DNA of 63,954 nt, the filler included, from an uncultured Acidimicrobiia bacterium (GTDB lineage: Bacteria > Actinomycetota > Acidimicrobiia > Spongiisociales > JAOTWH01): the NCBI GenBank assembly GCA_964347285.1. It is 3 parts of 3 records of this genome, joined end to end, with 100 filler letters (N's around TTAATTAATTAA, not from the genome) between each part and the next. Parts side by side here need not be neighbours in the genome. Positions count along the whole stretch, not along the records: positions 1 to 29,960 come from CAYFYE010000018.1; 2 more parts are not named here. One strand, given 5' to 3'. The notes below the pieces were generated by a model, which did not search any database, was not told the origin of the DNA, and saw only the letters and a program-made list of their open reading frames with translations. Shown here piece after piece: positions 1 to 9,023 of this stretch (within the stretch, counting starts at the first letter, position 1; each line of letters opens with the position of its first letter). Both the position numbers and the translations under genes were made by a program.

Positions 1-321
1 GACCCGCGACGGCCATCTATCTGGGGCCGGCGTCTCCGCCGGCCTCGTGCGGCCTACCTGGGACGATTCGGGCGGGCCGCCCCGTCCCTGCTTGGCCTTG
101 CTCCGGGTGGGGTTTGCCAGCCGCCCCGGTCGCCCGGGGCGCTGGTGGTCTCTTACACCACCGTTTCACCCTTGCCTGTGCCCGGTAGGGCCATCGGCGG
201 TCTGTTCTCTGCGGCACTTTCCATCGGGTCGCCCCGCCTGGGAGTTACCCAGCACCCTGCCCTGTGGAGTCCGGACTTTCCTCGATCCCCGGTTGGGGAC
301 CGCGGCCGTCCGGCGGACTCG
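1..321 (-). ncRNA. rnpB: RNase P RNA (bacterial type A), 3' end runs off the window
   Basis: Minus strand contains the hallmark motifs GAGGAAAGTCCGGACTCC, GGAAAGTGCCGCAGAGAAC, GGGTGAAACGGTGGTGTAAGAGACCACC, GGCAAACCCCACCCGGAGCAAGGCC and AGATAGATGG. Confidence 0.96.
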
Positions 322-380
322 CCTACGTAACCGTAGTGCCATCGGCACGCTTCCCGACCGGGAGGGGAGGCTCGGGCGCC

Positions 381-740
381 CTACCGGCGAGCCCCCAGGA
401 CCCCGCCGGCCGATCCCACCCCGAGGGCTACCAGGCCCCCAGTGAAGAGGAGCACGGGCCCGGGGCGGGCTCCTCCCCCGAGGGAGATGAGGGCCGTAAC
501 CGCAAAGAGCGTCAATGCCGACAGCGCACCGTGAAAGGCCTCGCTGGGTCGGCCGAACCGCCCTCCGACGAAGCCGGCCCCGAGTTGACCGCCGAGCTGC
601 ACGAGCACGAAGGCGGCATCGGAGAGAGTGGAGCTGCCCACCCGCAGGCCGGAAGCGAACAGGATCACGGCGCCGACGGCGGTAGCTCCTAGGCCGGCAA
701 ACGCGCCGATGAGGGCGCCGCCCCAGTTGATGCGGCTCAT
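381..740 (-). CDS. Small hypothetical membrane protein (~4 TM)
   Basis: 119 aa, Gly/Ala-rich hydrophobic helices, co-directional with the upstream GGCT-like gene. Confidence 0.7.
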   Translation of the reverse strand: MSRINWGGALIGAFAGLGATAVGAVILFASGLRVGSSTLSDAAFVLVQLGGQLGAGFVGGRFGRPSEAFHGALSALTLFAVTALISLGGGARPGPVLLFTGGLVALGVGSAGGVLGARR

Positions 741-759
741 GTGGGGCGGCCGGCGGCGC

Positions 760-1206
760 TCAGCGCTCCAGGTGCTCTTCGAGTCCGGCGATCCAGCCGG
801 CCGGCAGTTGCCAGTGGCGGGCGCCGTTGAGCATGTGGGTGAGGTACTTGTCCGACGGCTTGAGGCGCCCGCTGCGCTTCCCGTTGCCGTTGAACAAGTG
901 GGTGAGGACTTCGTGCCGCCTCCCGGCCCGGTCCATCACTTCCACCGTGGAAGGGGTGCGCCCTTCCTTCTTCTCGGCCTTGTTCACCGCCTTGACCTCG
1001 GCGTCGGAGAGCTCGAACACTGCGCCCCAGATGGTGCTTCCGGGATCAGGCTTGGCGCTCGGCAGAGCTCCGCCCCATGCGCCATCGCGATGGGGGAATC
1101 CGAGGCCCCACTCGGGCAGGTGGGCGATGAACGCGAACTCGGCGCCCGGCGCCACGTCCTCCAGCTTCGAAGGCTCGATGAACGCCGTGTACGCGAAGTA
1201 CTTCAC
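760..1206 (-). CDS. Gamma-glutamylcyclotransferase (AIG2/GGCT-like) family protein
   Basis: GTG start at 1206 with GGAGGA SD; N-terminal YFAY, central IWGAVFELS, C-terminal PSxxYL...GA...LP typical of GGCT fold. Confidence 0.7.
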   Translation of the reverse strand: MKYFAYTAFIEPSKLEDVAPGAEFAFIAHLPEWGLGFPHRDGAWGGALPSAKPDPGSTIWGAVFELSDAEVKAVNKAEKKEGRTPSTVEVMDRAGRRHEVLTHLFNGNGKRSGRLKPSDKYLTHMLNGARHWQLPAGWIAGLEEHLER

Positions 1207-1447
1207 GTGGTCCTCCCGCAAGGGTGTCCTCTCGGCGTGGGGATTGTAGCGGCAAAGTGAGCCGCTCGGGCCGGGGCGAGCCCACTTTTTCCACCGATCC
1301 CTGTGGAGAAATCGGGGCTGGAACGCGCAGAGAAAAGTCGGTAGAATGCTATGCGTAGTAGTTGGGCAGCTCCGGGAACAAAACCGGGCTGCCCGACGTC
1401 TCTTTGGGCGAGGGGTGATGATCCCCAACGGAAGACGAAGGCCGCAT

Positions 1448-1711
1448 ATGGCTGATCGACAGAAGATGCAAAACCTGCTTCGCCAGGACGAACAACGTCC
1501 CTGGACGCTCGACGCCGCCTGTCGGGGCCTCGACTCGTCGATGTTCTTCCCGGGCCAAGACGGGGACACCGAGCCGGCCCTGCGCATCTGCGCCGGTTGC
1601 CCGGTGCGGGATAAGTGCTTGGATTTCGCCTTGGCAACCCGGCAGCGCTACGGCATCTGGGGAGGCACGACCGAGCGCCAGCGTCGCCGCCTGCTGCGCC
1701 GCACCGTCTGA
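1448..1711 (+). CDS. whiB: WhiB family Fe-S transcriptional regulator
   Basis: Four Cys (AACRG...CAGCPVRDKC), GIWGG turn and basic C-terminal tail; paralogue subclass not assigned. Confidence 0.93.
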   Translation: MADRQKMQNLLRQDEQRPWTLDAACRGLDSSMFFPGQDGDTEPALRICAGCPVRDKCLDFALATRQRYGIWGGTTERQRRRLLRRTV

Positions 1712-1765
1712 TCGTCGCTGCACTGCGCCCCTGGTACCTTGTGATCCCGCCCTGGAGGTCGCCGC

Positions 1766-2929
1766 GTGGACTTCGAACTCTCTCCCGAGCTCCGTGAGCT
1801 GCAGCTCACCGTGCGCCGCATGGCGCGGGAGCGGGTTCAACCGGTGGCCCGCCGCCTCGATACGGAGGCGACGTACCCCGAGGAGCTGTTTCGGCTGTTC
1901 GCCGACACCGGGCTGATGGCTCTGGCCATCCCCGAAAAGTACGGCGGCTCGGGGGCCGGAGCGCTCGGCCTGGTATTGGCCATCGAGGAAGTGGCCAAGT
2001 ACTGCCAATCCTCGGCGCTGCTTCTGCTGTTGAGCCGACTGCCCACCGGTCCGATCATCATCTCCGGCTCCCCGGAACAAAACGACCGTTGGGTGCGGGG
2101 GGTTGCCGAGGGAACCCTGCGCGGAGCCTTCGCCCTCTCTGAGCCCGATGCCGGATCCTGGGTGGCCGGGCAGACGACCCGGGCGGCCCGAGACGGCGAC
2201 GGATACCGCATTCGGGGCTCCAAGGTCTGGATGAGCGGGGCCACCGTGGCCGACTTCTACACCGTGTTCGCCAAGACCGACCCCGAGGCCGGGTACAAGG
2301 GGTTCAGCGCTTTCATCGTCCCGCGCGATGCACCCGGGCTGTCCGTGGGCCCAGCCGATCGCAAGATGGGAGTCAAGGCGGTCCCCACGGCCGAGGTGAT
2401 CTTCGACGATGTGTTCGTATCGGCCGACCACCGCATCGGCGAAGAGGGCAGCGGGTTCCGTACCGCCATGCTCGCTCTCAACTCCATGCGTCCGATCGTC
2501 GCGGCGCGGGGCATCGGCCTCGCCGAAGGGGCCTTGATGTATACGGTGCAATACGACAAGGAACGCCGGGCCTTCGGCCGGGCGATCGCCGACTTCCAGG
2601 GAGTCCGCTGGGTGTACGCCGATCTCGCCACCGAGATCGAGGCGGCCCGGCTGCTGACCTATCGGGCCGCCCGGATGGTCGACGACGGCTTCTTCGACAA
2701 GGAGCACGCCCCGTTCCTGTCGATGGCCAAGTACTTCGCCACCGAATTGGCGGTCCGGGCCTCGGGATGGGCGGTCCAGCTGCTGGGCGCCGCCGGGTAC
2801 ATGGAGGATCACCTCACTGAGCTGTGGTACCGCGACGCCCGCCAGCTGACGATCGTCGAAGGCACCAGCCAGATCCAGAAGAACCTCATTGCCGACGGCG
2901 TGGTGAACCAGGATGTGTGGTGGGATTGA
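1766..2929 (+). CDS. Acyl-CoA dehydrogenase
   Basis: AFALSEPDAGS, GSKVWMS, KMG, R.AFGR.I..FQ, GAAGY, IVEGTSQIQ motifs. Confidence 0.95.
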   Translation: MDFELSPELRELQLTVRRMARERVQPVARRLDTEATYPEELFRLFADTGLMALAIPEKYGGSGAGALGLVLAIEEVAKYCQSSALLLLLSRLPTGPIIISGSPEQNDRWVRGVAEGTLRGAFALSEPDAGSWVAGQTTRAARDGDGYRIRGSKVWMSGATVADFYTVFAKTDPEAGYKGFSAFIVPRDAPGLSVGPADRKMGVKAVPTAEVIFDDVFVSADHRIGEEGSGFRTAMLALNSMRPIVAARGIGLAEGALMYTVQYDKERRAFGRAIADFQGVRWVYADLATEIEAARLLTYRAARMVDDGFFDKEHAPFLSMAKYFATELAVRASGWAVQLLGAAGYMEDHLTELWYRDARQLTIVEGTSQIQKNLIADGVVNQDVWWD

Positions 2930-2930
2930 C

Positions 2931-3030
2931 NNNNNNNNNNNNNNNNNNNNNNNNNNNNNNNNNNNNNNNNNNNNNNNNNNNNNNNNNNNNNNNNNNNNNN
3001 NNNNNNNNNNNNNNNNNNNNNNNNNNNNNN
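2931..3030. other. Scaffold gap (100 N) with a 55-nt duplicated overlap
   Basis: 2876-2930 is identical to 3031-3085. Confidence 0.9.
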
Positions 3031-3135
3031 CAGAAGAACCTCATTGCCGACGGCGTGGTGAACCAGGATGTGTGGTGGGATTGACTGCTGGCCCCGGCGA
3101 GGGAACCGGGATGGGCGGGTGAGCGTTTGGTGGGC

Positions 3136-3777
3136 ATGGGAGTGAGCAAGTCACTGCCGGCCGTCGCCGCCTTGCTGCTCATCGTGGCTGCCTGCGGCGG
3201 GGGCACCTCACCGGAGCCGGTCCCGGTCGCTCCGGCCGAAGCCGAAGCCGGCTCGCCGGCCACCGCGGCACCGTCCACCGAAGCGGTCGAGGGGCCGGCA
3301 GGCACCGAGGGATCGACCGCCGATGCTCCGGCGAGTTCGTCCACGAGCGCCGCTCCCCGTCCCGAGGGCCCGGCTGCTCCCGACTTCGAGCTCACCCTGG
3401 GGACCGGGAACGAGACGTTCTCGCTCGGTGCCGAGACGAGGCCGGTGTATCTCGTCTTCTGGGCGGACTGGTGACACCGCTGTCAGCGGGAGTTGCCCGT
3501 TGTCGATGAAATCGCAAAGGACTACCTCGACGAAGTGACCTTCGTGGCCGTCGCCGGCCGCAGCTCGCTGGACGAGACCGTTCCCGTGGCCGCCGAGCTG
3601 TTCTCGGATCGCCTGTTGTGGGGTTACGACGAAGGGTTGTGGGAGGCGTACGAGGTCCTGGGCCAGCCGACCACGTTCCTCGTCACCGGCGACGACATCG
3701 TGATCGGCGGGTGGTTCGGCGAGCAGTCCGAGGAGTTCATCCGCGATCAGCTCGACGGGCTGGTGGCCGTCGGCTGA
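3136..3777 (+). CDS. TlpA/redoxin-family lipoprotein, probable selenoprotein (UxxC)
   Basis: Lipobox IVAAC; APDFEL...VYLVFWADW-TGA(3472-3474)-HRCQRELP continues in frame to 3777 with the cis-Pro motif GQPTTFLV; the ORF track splits it into two ORFs. Confidence 0.85.
3484..3502 (+). promoter_or_regulatory. Candidate bacterial SECIS hairpin
   Basis: CAGCGGG-AGTTG-CCCGTTG stem-loop; loop starts 16 nt after the UGA, with G at loop position 2. Confidence 0.65.
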
Positions 3778-3778
3778 C

Positions 3779-4816
3779 TCACTCCCGCACTGCCGAGGCG
3801 GCCGTGGCCGCGATCAGCTCGGCGACCAGGGCCGGGCCCTCGAAGATGAGCCCGGTGTACACCTGGACCAGATCGGCACCGGCCTCGAGCCTCTCGACCG
3901 CGTCGGCGGCGCTCATCACCCCGCCCGAGGCCACGATCCCCACATGGGGTCCCATGTGGTCCCGTATCCGGCGGACGAGCCCGGCGGCGCCGGCCCGTAG
4001 CGGGGCACCGCTCAAGCCGCCGGGCTCCCCCCCCGCCGCGGAGCACAGCCCGGGGCGGCGTACCGTGGTGTTGGCGGCGATCACCCCGTCGATGCCGGCG
4101 GCGACGATGGCGTCGAGGGCGTTCTCGAGGTCGTTGCCGAGGTCGGGCGACAGCTTGACCAGCACCGGCAGGCCCTTGCCGAGGCGGTCGGCCCATCGGT
4201 TCCGCTCCTCGGTCACCGCAGCCAGGAGACCTCCGAGCTCGGGGCCGGCCTGCAGGTCCCGCAGGCCGGGCGTATTGGGAGAGCTGACGTTGACGACGAC
4301 GAAATCGGCAAGGGGGGCGAGCTTGGCGAGCAGCCGGGTGTAGTCGCCGGAGGCTTCGGCATTGGGGGTGGTCCGGCTCCGGCCCAGGTTGACCCCGATG
4401 ACCGTTCCGGAGGGGCGCGGCTTCCCCAGACGATGGGCTACGAAGTCGGCGCCCCGGCCCGGAAAGCCCATCCGATTGATCACGGCCCGGTCTTCGTCCA
4501 GGCGGAACAGTCGGGGCCGGGGGTTGCCGGGCTGGGCCTGCGGGGTCACCGTGCCCACCTCGATGTGGCCGAAGCCGAGTCGAGCCAGCCCCCGCCAGGC
4601 CAGGCCGTCCTTGTCGAAGCCGGCGGCGAGCCCGATGCGGTTGGGGAAGGTGAGGCCGAGGATCTCCACCGGGGCGGCCGGGGGAGCCGTCCACACGCGT
4701 TCGAGCGCCCATCCGAGCGGAGCGAAGGCCCCGGCCGCCTGGAGCAGCCGCAGCGTGCCGTGGTGGACCCGCTCCGGGTCGAGCCGGAACAGCAGGCGGC
4801 GCACCGCGTCGTACAT
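3779..4816 (-). CDS. pyrD: Dihydroorotate dehydrogenase (quinone), class 2
   Basis: GLAAGFDK, EVGTVTP.AQPGNPRPRLFRL, NVSSPNTPGLR, GGLSG, QVYTG. Confidence 0.95.
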   Translation of the reverse strand: MYDAVRRLLFRLDPERVHHGTLRLLQAAGAFAPLGWALERVWTAPPAAPVEILGLTFPNRIGLAAGFDKDGLAWRGLARLGFGHIEVGTVTPQAQPGNPRPRLFRLDEDRAVINRMGFPGRGADFVAHRLGKPRPSGTVIGVNLGRSRTTPNAEASGDYTRLLAKLAPLADFVVVNVSSPNTPGLRDLQAGPELGGLLAAVTEERNRWADRLGKGLPVLVKLSPDLGNDLENALDAIVAAGIDGVIAANTTVRRPGLCSAAGGEPGGLSGAPLRAGAAGLVRRIRDHMGPHVGIVASGGVMSAADAVERLEAGADLVQVYTGLIFEGPALVAELIAATAASAVRE

Positions 4817-4817
4817 G

Positions 4818-6209
4818 TCAGCCGGCCAGGTGGGCGAGCACCGCTCGATGGTCGGAGGCTTCCACCAGGCCGAGGCGGCGCAGACGGTCGACGAGGTCCT
4901 CGAGGGTGAACAGCGTGTGGAGCCGGCAGCCGGCCGCTTCGAGCGTGGCCTTCGCCCCACTCTGGCGATCGATCAGCACCACCACGTCCCGCACCGACAC
5001 CCCTTCGGCCGCCAGTGCGGCGATGGCTTCCAGCTTGCTGTCTCCGGTCGTCGCCAGGTCGTCGATCACTACCGCCTGCTGGCCCGCCTCGAAGTCCCCC
5101 TCCACGAGGGCTCGGGTCCCGTAGCTCTTGGCCAGACGGCGCGGATAGATGAGCGACCAGGCGTTCTGGAGGGCGATGGCGGTGCCGATCGGCAGAGCGG
5201 CGTAGGGCAGGGCGGCCAGGTGGTCGAAGGCGAGGCCGTCGAGGAGGGGGCCGTAGGCGGCGGCGACGTCGGCCAGCAGTGCCGGGTGGCTCGACAGCCG
5301 GCGCAAATCGATGTAGACGGGAGAGCTGGCTCCTGATTTCAGCGTGAAGTGGCCGAACCGCACGCAACCGGCCCGGAACAGGCCGGCCGCCAACCGGTCG
5401 AGGGCATCGGTCCGGGGGGCGGCCCGGCCGGGGTCGGCACGGGCGGCGTTGATGTCGTCGCGCAGGCGGTGGGCCGCTCCTCCGGGATCGGGGGCGCCGG
5501 CGATGGAGCGGGCCGCCACCATCAGCATGCCCAGTCCGTCGGCGCGCAGCCCGGAGTGAAGGGCGTCGCCCAGATCGGCCCCCTGGGCGCCTACGCCGGG
5601 GGAGAGGATCCACGTCGTCGGGGCCAGGGCGCGGACCCGGGCCAGCGCATCGGGCGCCGTGGCTCCCACCACCAGGCCGATGTCGCCCGGGTTGGGCCGG
5701 CTCATCACCATCCGGGCCACCCGCTCGTAGACCCGCTCCCCTCCGGCCATGGCTTCCTGGATGTCGGCGGCGCCGGAGTTCGAGGTCCGGCACAGCACGA
5801 AGACCGCTGTGCCCGGCCTGAGGAACGGCTCGAGGGCCTCCACTCCGAGGTAGGGGCTGACGGTGACGGCATCGGCGCCCAGGCGGTCGTAGACGGCCCG
5901 GGCATAGGCCTGCGCGGTCGAGGCGATGTCCCCGCGTTTGGCGTCCACGATCACCGGGATGTCATCGGGAACCGCTTGGATCACGTCCCGGAGGGCGGTC
6001 AGGCCATTGGACCCTAGGGCCTCGTAGAAGGCGATGTTGGGTTTGAAAGCGGCCGCCGCGCCTGCCGTGGCCTCGACGAGCCCCAGGCCGAAGGCCCGGG
6101 CCGCTCGGGGAGTGGGCTCGGGGAGGAGGTCGGGGTGGGGATCGATGCCGACGCAAAGGAGCGTGTCGGCCCGGCGGGCCCGGGCTTCGAGGCGGCGTAC
6201 GAACGACAT
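4818..6209 (-). CDS. pyrF: Bifunctional OMP decarboxylase / orotate phosphoribosyltransferase (PyrF-PyrE fusion)
   Basis: N-terminal LCVGIDP, DAKRGDIAST, PGVGAQG; C-terminal FTLKSG.SSPVYIDLR and VVIDDLATTGDS. Confidence 0.93.
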   Translation of the reverse strand: MSFVRRLEARARRADTLLCVGIDPHPDLLPEPTPRAARAFGLGLVEATAGAAAAFKPNIAFYEALGSNGLTALRDVIQAVPDDIPVIVDAKRGDIASTAQAYARAVYDRLGADAVTVSPYLGVEALEPFLRPGTAVFVLCRTSNSGAADIQEAMAGGERVYERVARMVMSRPNPGDIGLVVGATAPDALARVRALAPTTWILSPGVGAQGADLGDALHSGLRADGLGMLMVAARSIAGAPDPGGAAHRLRDDINAARADPGRAAPRTDALDRLAAGLFRAGCVRFGHFTLKSGASSPVYIDLRRLSSHPALLADVAAAYGPLLDGLAFDHLAALPYAALPIGTAIALQNAWSLIYPRRLAKSYGTRALVEGDFEAGQQAVVIDDLATTGDSKLEAIAALAAEGVSVRDVVVLIDRQSGAKATLEAAGCRLHTLFTLEDLVDRLRRLGLVEASDHRAVLAHLAG

Positions 6210-6213
6210 CCCG

Positions 6214-7197
6214 TCAGGCCTTTCCCAGGACCATCGCCAGCAGGGCCATTCTCACGTAGAGCCCGTACTCCATTTGGCGGAAGTAGGCGGCCCTGGGGTC
6301 CTCGTCGACCTCGATGGTGATTTCTCCGACCCGGGGCAGGGGGTGCATCACGATCATTCGCTCCTTGGCCTTCTCCAGCGTCTCGGGCGTCACCGTGTAG
6401 GTGCCCTCGATGGAGGCATAGGCGGCCTCGTCGCCGAAGCGCTCCTTCTGTACCCGGGTCACGTACAGGATGTCGGTCTCGGTCAAAACGCCGTCCAGCG
6501 AGGAGTGCTCGGCCTGGGGGATGCCGGCAGCGGCGATCTCGTCGATGATCTCGGGCGGCATGGCCAGGATGTCGGGCGACACGTAGTGCAGGGTCACGTC
6601 GTAGAGGGACAGCAGCCGGGCCAGGGAGTGGACGGTCCGGCCGTACTTCAGGTCGCCGAGCATCGTCACCGTCATGCCGTCCACGGCTCCCAGCTCGGCC
6701 TTGATCGTGAAGAGGTCGAGGAGTGCCTGGGTGGGGTGCTCGCCGATTCCGTCTCCGGCGTTGATGATCGGTTTGGTCGCGTACCGGGCCGCCAGGGCCG
6801 AAGCTCCAACGTCGGGGTGGCGTAGCACGATCACGTCGGCGTAGCACTCCAGCGTGCGCACCGTGTCGGGCAGGGATTCCCCCTTGGACACCGACGAGTA
6901 GTGGACCTCGTTGATCGGAATCACGCTGCCGCCCAACCGCTCCATCGCCGCGGTGAACGAGGAAGAGGTACGCGTCGACGGCTCGTAGAACAGGCTGGCC
7001 AGGATCTTCCCCTTGAGGAGATCGAACGTGCCGACTCGAGACACCATTTCCCGCATCTCGTGGGCGACGCCGAAGATGTAATCGAGGTCGGCGACGCCGA
7101 ACTGGTTCACCGACAGGATGTCCTTGCCGTAGAAGGGTGCATCGCGCCGATCCCCTAGGGGCAAGTGCATGTTGGTGGGTACGACGGACGTGGTCAT
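6214..7197 (-). CDS. pyrB: Aspartate carbamoyltransferase catalytic chain (CAD-like)
   Basis: [37 protein letters not shown] at 7197 overlaps the pyrC stop (ATGA). Confidence 0.96.
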   Translation of the reverse strand: MTTSVVPTNMHLPLGDRRDAPFYGKDILSVNQFGVADLDYIFGVAHEMREMVSRVGTFDLLKGKILASLFYEPSTRTSSSFTAAMERLGGSVIPINEVHYSSVSKGESLPDTVRTLECYADVIVLRHPDVGASALAARYATKPIINAGDGIGEHPTQALLDLFTIKAELGAVDGMTVTMLGDLKYGRTVHSLARLLSLYDVTLHYVSPDILAMPPEIIDEIAAAGIPQAEHSSLDGVLTETDILYVTRVQKERFGDEAAYASIEGTYTVTPETLEKAKERMIVMHPLPRVGEITIEVDEDPRAAYFRQMEYGLYVRMALLAMVLGKA

Positions 7198-8267
7198 GTC
7201 TTCGACTCCTCTCGTACGTGCTCTCGAATGTTCCGGCCGCTGCCGACCGGGGCGATCACCCGGCCGTCGCGGAATGCTTCTCTGCCCCGCACCACCACTT
7301 GCCGGACCCGGCCGGTGACCCGGCATCCCTCGAAGGGCGTCCAGCCGCAGCGGCTGCGGGCCTCTCCGCCCCGGATCACCCACCGTTCGTCGGGATCGAT
7401 CTCGGCGTAGGTATCGGGCTGCTCCGGCAGGCCGAAGATCCGGCGAGGATTGTCGTGCAGGCGGGCGGTGACGTCGTCGAGCTCGAGCCGTCCTTCACCG
7501 ACGGCGGTGAGCAGCAAGGGCAATGCCGTTTCCAGGCCCGGGAAACCGGGCGGCGCCGCCGGGCCGTCCTTCTCCTCCAGGGTGTGGGGGGCGTGGTCGG
7601 TGGCGAAGCAATCGATGGCTTCGAGGTGCTCCCACAGGGCCCGGCGGTCGGGGGCGGTGGCCAGCGGAGGCCGGACGCGGCTTCGGCCGATGCCGGCAAC
7701 GTTCTCTTCCCCGAGGAACAGGTGATGAGGGCTGACCTCACAGGTCACCGGAGCGCCCCGTTCCTTGTAGGACCGGATCAGCTCGATCTCGTCCCGACGA
7801 GCTACGTGGCACACGTGGACGGCGCGACCGAGCCCGTCCGCGATCTCGAGGACGCGCTCCATCGTCGCACCCTCGGCATGAACGGCCAGCGGATGTTCCG
7901 GCGGCCAGTTTTCGAGGTGCTCGACAAGGGCCCGGGTCTCGGCCAGGCGTAGCTCGCCGAAGGTTTCGTTGAGGTAGATCTTGAGGCCGGCGACCCGAGG
8001 GGCCAGTCGAGCCGCCTCGGCGGCGTTGTGGGAGGTCGCCCCGACGTATTGGGCGTAGTCGCAGCGGGCCTTGGCCCCGGCGAGAGCGAGGGCCTCGGCC
8101 AGCGACTCGGCGTCGATGATCGGCGGGTCGGTATTGGGCATCGCCAGCACTTGGGTGAAGCCGCCGGTCAGCGCCGCCGCCGTACCGCTGTCCCAGTCCT
8201 CCTTGTGGGTCGCTCCGGGGTCTCGCATGTGGACGTGGACGTCGACGAGGCCGGGGAGCCGGATCAT
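7194..8267 (-). CDS. pyrC: Dihydroorotase (CAD-like amidohydrolase)
   Basis: [59 protein letters not shown]. Confidence 0.93.
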   Translation of the reverse strand: MIRLPGLVDVHVHMRDPGATHKEDWDSGTAAALTGGFTQVLAMPNTDPPIIDAESLAEALALAGAKARCDYAQYVGATSHNAAEAARLAPRVAGLKIYLNETFGELRLAETRALVEHLENWPPEHPLAVHAEGATMERVLEIADGLGRAVHVCHVARRDEIELIRSYKERGAPVTCEVSPHHLFLGEENVAGIGRSRVRPPLATAPDRRALWEHLEAIDCFATDHAPHTLEEKDGPAAPPGFPGLETALPLLLTAVGEGRLELDDVTARLHDNPRRIFGLPEQPDTYAEIDPDERWVIRGGEARSRCGWTPFEGCRVTGRVRQVVVRGREAFRDGRVIAPVGSGRNIREHVREESKT

Positions 8268-8350
8268 CGCCAATCGCCCATGAAAACGGGCCCCATACGA
8301 GGGGCCCTCGGTCGCAGCTTGCGGTAGATGGGTCGGGAGCGGTCAGCCAT
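8264..8350 (-). CDS. Candidate 28-aa pyr leader peptide ([28 protein letters not shown])
   Basis: Read by hand; spans the terminator hairpin and its TGA overlaps the pyrC ATG. Confidence 0.4.
   Translation of the reverse strand: MADRSRPIYRKLRPRAPRMGPVFMGDWR
8283..8307 (-). terminator. Intrinsic terminator/attenuator in the pyr operon leader
   Basis: GGGCCCC-TCGTAT-GGGGCCC followed by GTTTT, just upstream of pyrC. Confidence 0.65.
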
Positions 8351-8461
8351 CGACCGTCCCCGCCCGGGGCTGCTTGGACACTGGTTTCCTCCGCCCGTGG
8401 CGAAGGGATGTTCCCGCCCGCGACCCCCGGTGTCAAGTTTCCGAGGGCGCCCGGACGGCTG

Positions 8462-8887
8462 CTAGCCCGAGGACGCCTCCTCGCCGCCGGGAGGGGTGTA
8501 TTCCTCGCCGTCGCGGGTCCGGTATTCCTCGTCGTGGCGGATGATCATCGTGTCGGAGTGGAACACGCCGCCTTCCCAGCGGCCCTCCACCACCACGCCG
8601 ATGCCCTCCCGGAACAGCTGCTGGGGTGCCCCTTCATGCACGACCCGGACGGCCTGGATCCCATCGGTCACCTCGAAGGTGACCTCATTCTCGCCGGACA
8701 CCACGGTCCCCTCGACCACCTGCCCTCCGAGCCGGAGCCGTTCGCCCTCGACGGGCCCCTCCTCGAGGAGTTCGTTGGGGGTGCGGAAGTACACCAGGCT
8801 CTCGTTGAGGCTGAAGAAGAGAAACCCGCCGAGGATGGCGACCACCCCGATGGCAGGGATCAGGAAGGCTCGATATTTCTTCAACAC
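8462..8887 (-). CDS. ccmE: Cytochrome c maturation heme chaperone CcmE
   Basis: N-terminal TM, YFRTPNE, RLGG.V..G, LFREGIGVVVEG, heme-binding HDEEY. Confidence 0.93.
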   Translation of the reverse strand: MLKKYRAFLIPAIGVVAILGGFLFFSLNESLVYFRTPNELLEEGPVEGERLRLGGQVVEGTVVSGENEVTFEVTDGIQAVRVVHEGAPQQLFREGIGVVVEGRWEGGVFHSDTMIIRHDEEYRTRDGEEYTPPGGEEASSG

Positions 8888-8900
8888 GGCTTCACCTCTC

Positions 8901-9023
8901 TCACGTCAGTTCTTCCAGCCGTCGGCGGGCTCGGCGCAGGCGGTAGATCGTGAACACCACGTAGGCGAGCAGCGTCCCATACACCACCGAGTAGCCGAAC
9001 ACGATCCAGCCCCAGTCACCCAT
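8901..9023 (-). CDS. ccmD: Heme exporter protein CcmD (40 aa, absent from the ORF track)
   Basis: MGDWGWIVFGYSVVYGTLLAYVVFTIYRLRRARRRLEELT: TM plus basic tail, located between ccmC and ccmE. Confidence 0.8.
   Translation of the reverse strand: MGDWGWIVFGYSVVYGTLLAYVVFTIYRLRRARRRLEELT

Noticed and set aside
17..445. Short ORFs overlapping the first 330 nt
   Set aside because: Region is the RNase P RNA gene
2876..3085. 55-nt direct repeat of the acyl-CoA dehydrogenase 3' end
   Set aside because: Copies exactly flank a 100-N gap, typical of an assembler k-mer overlap rather than an att site or duplication
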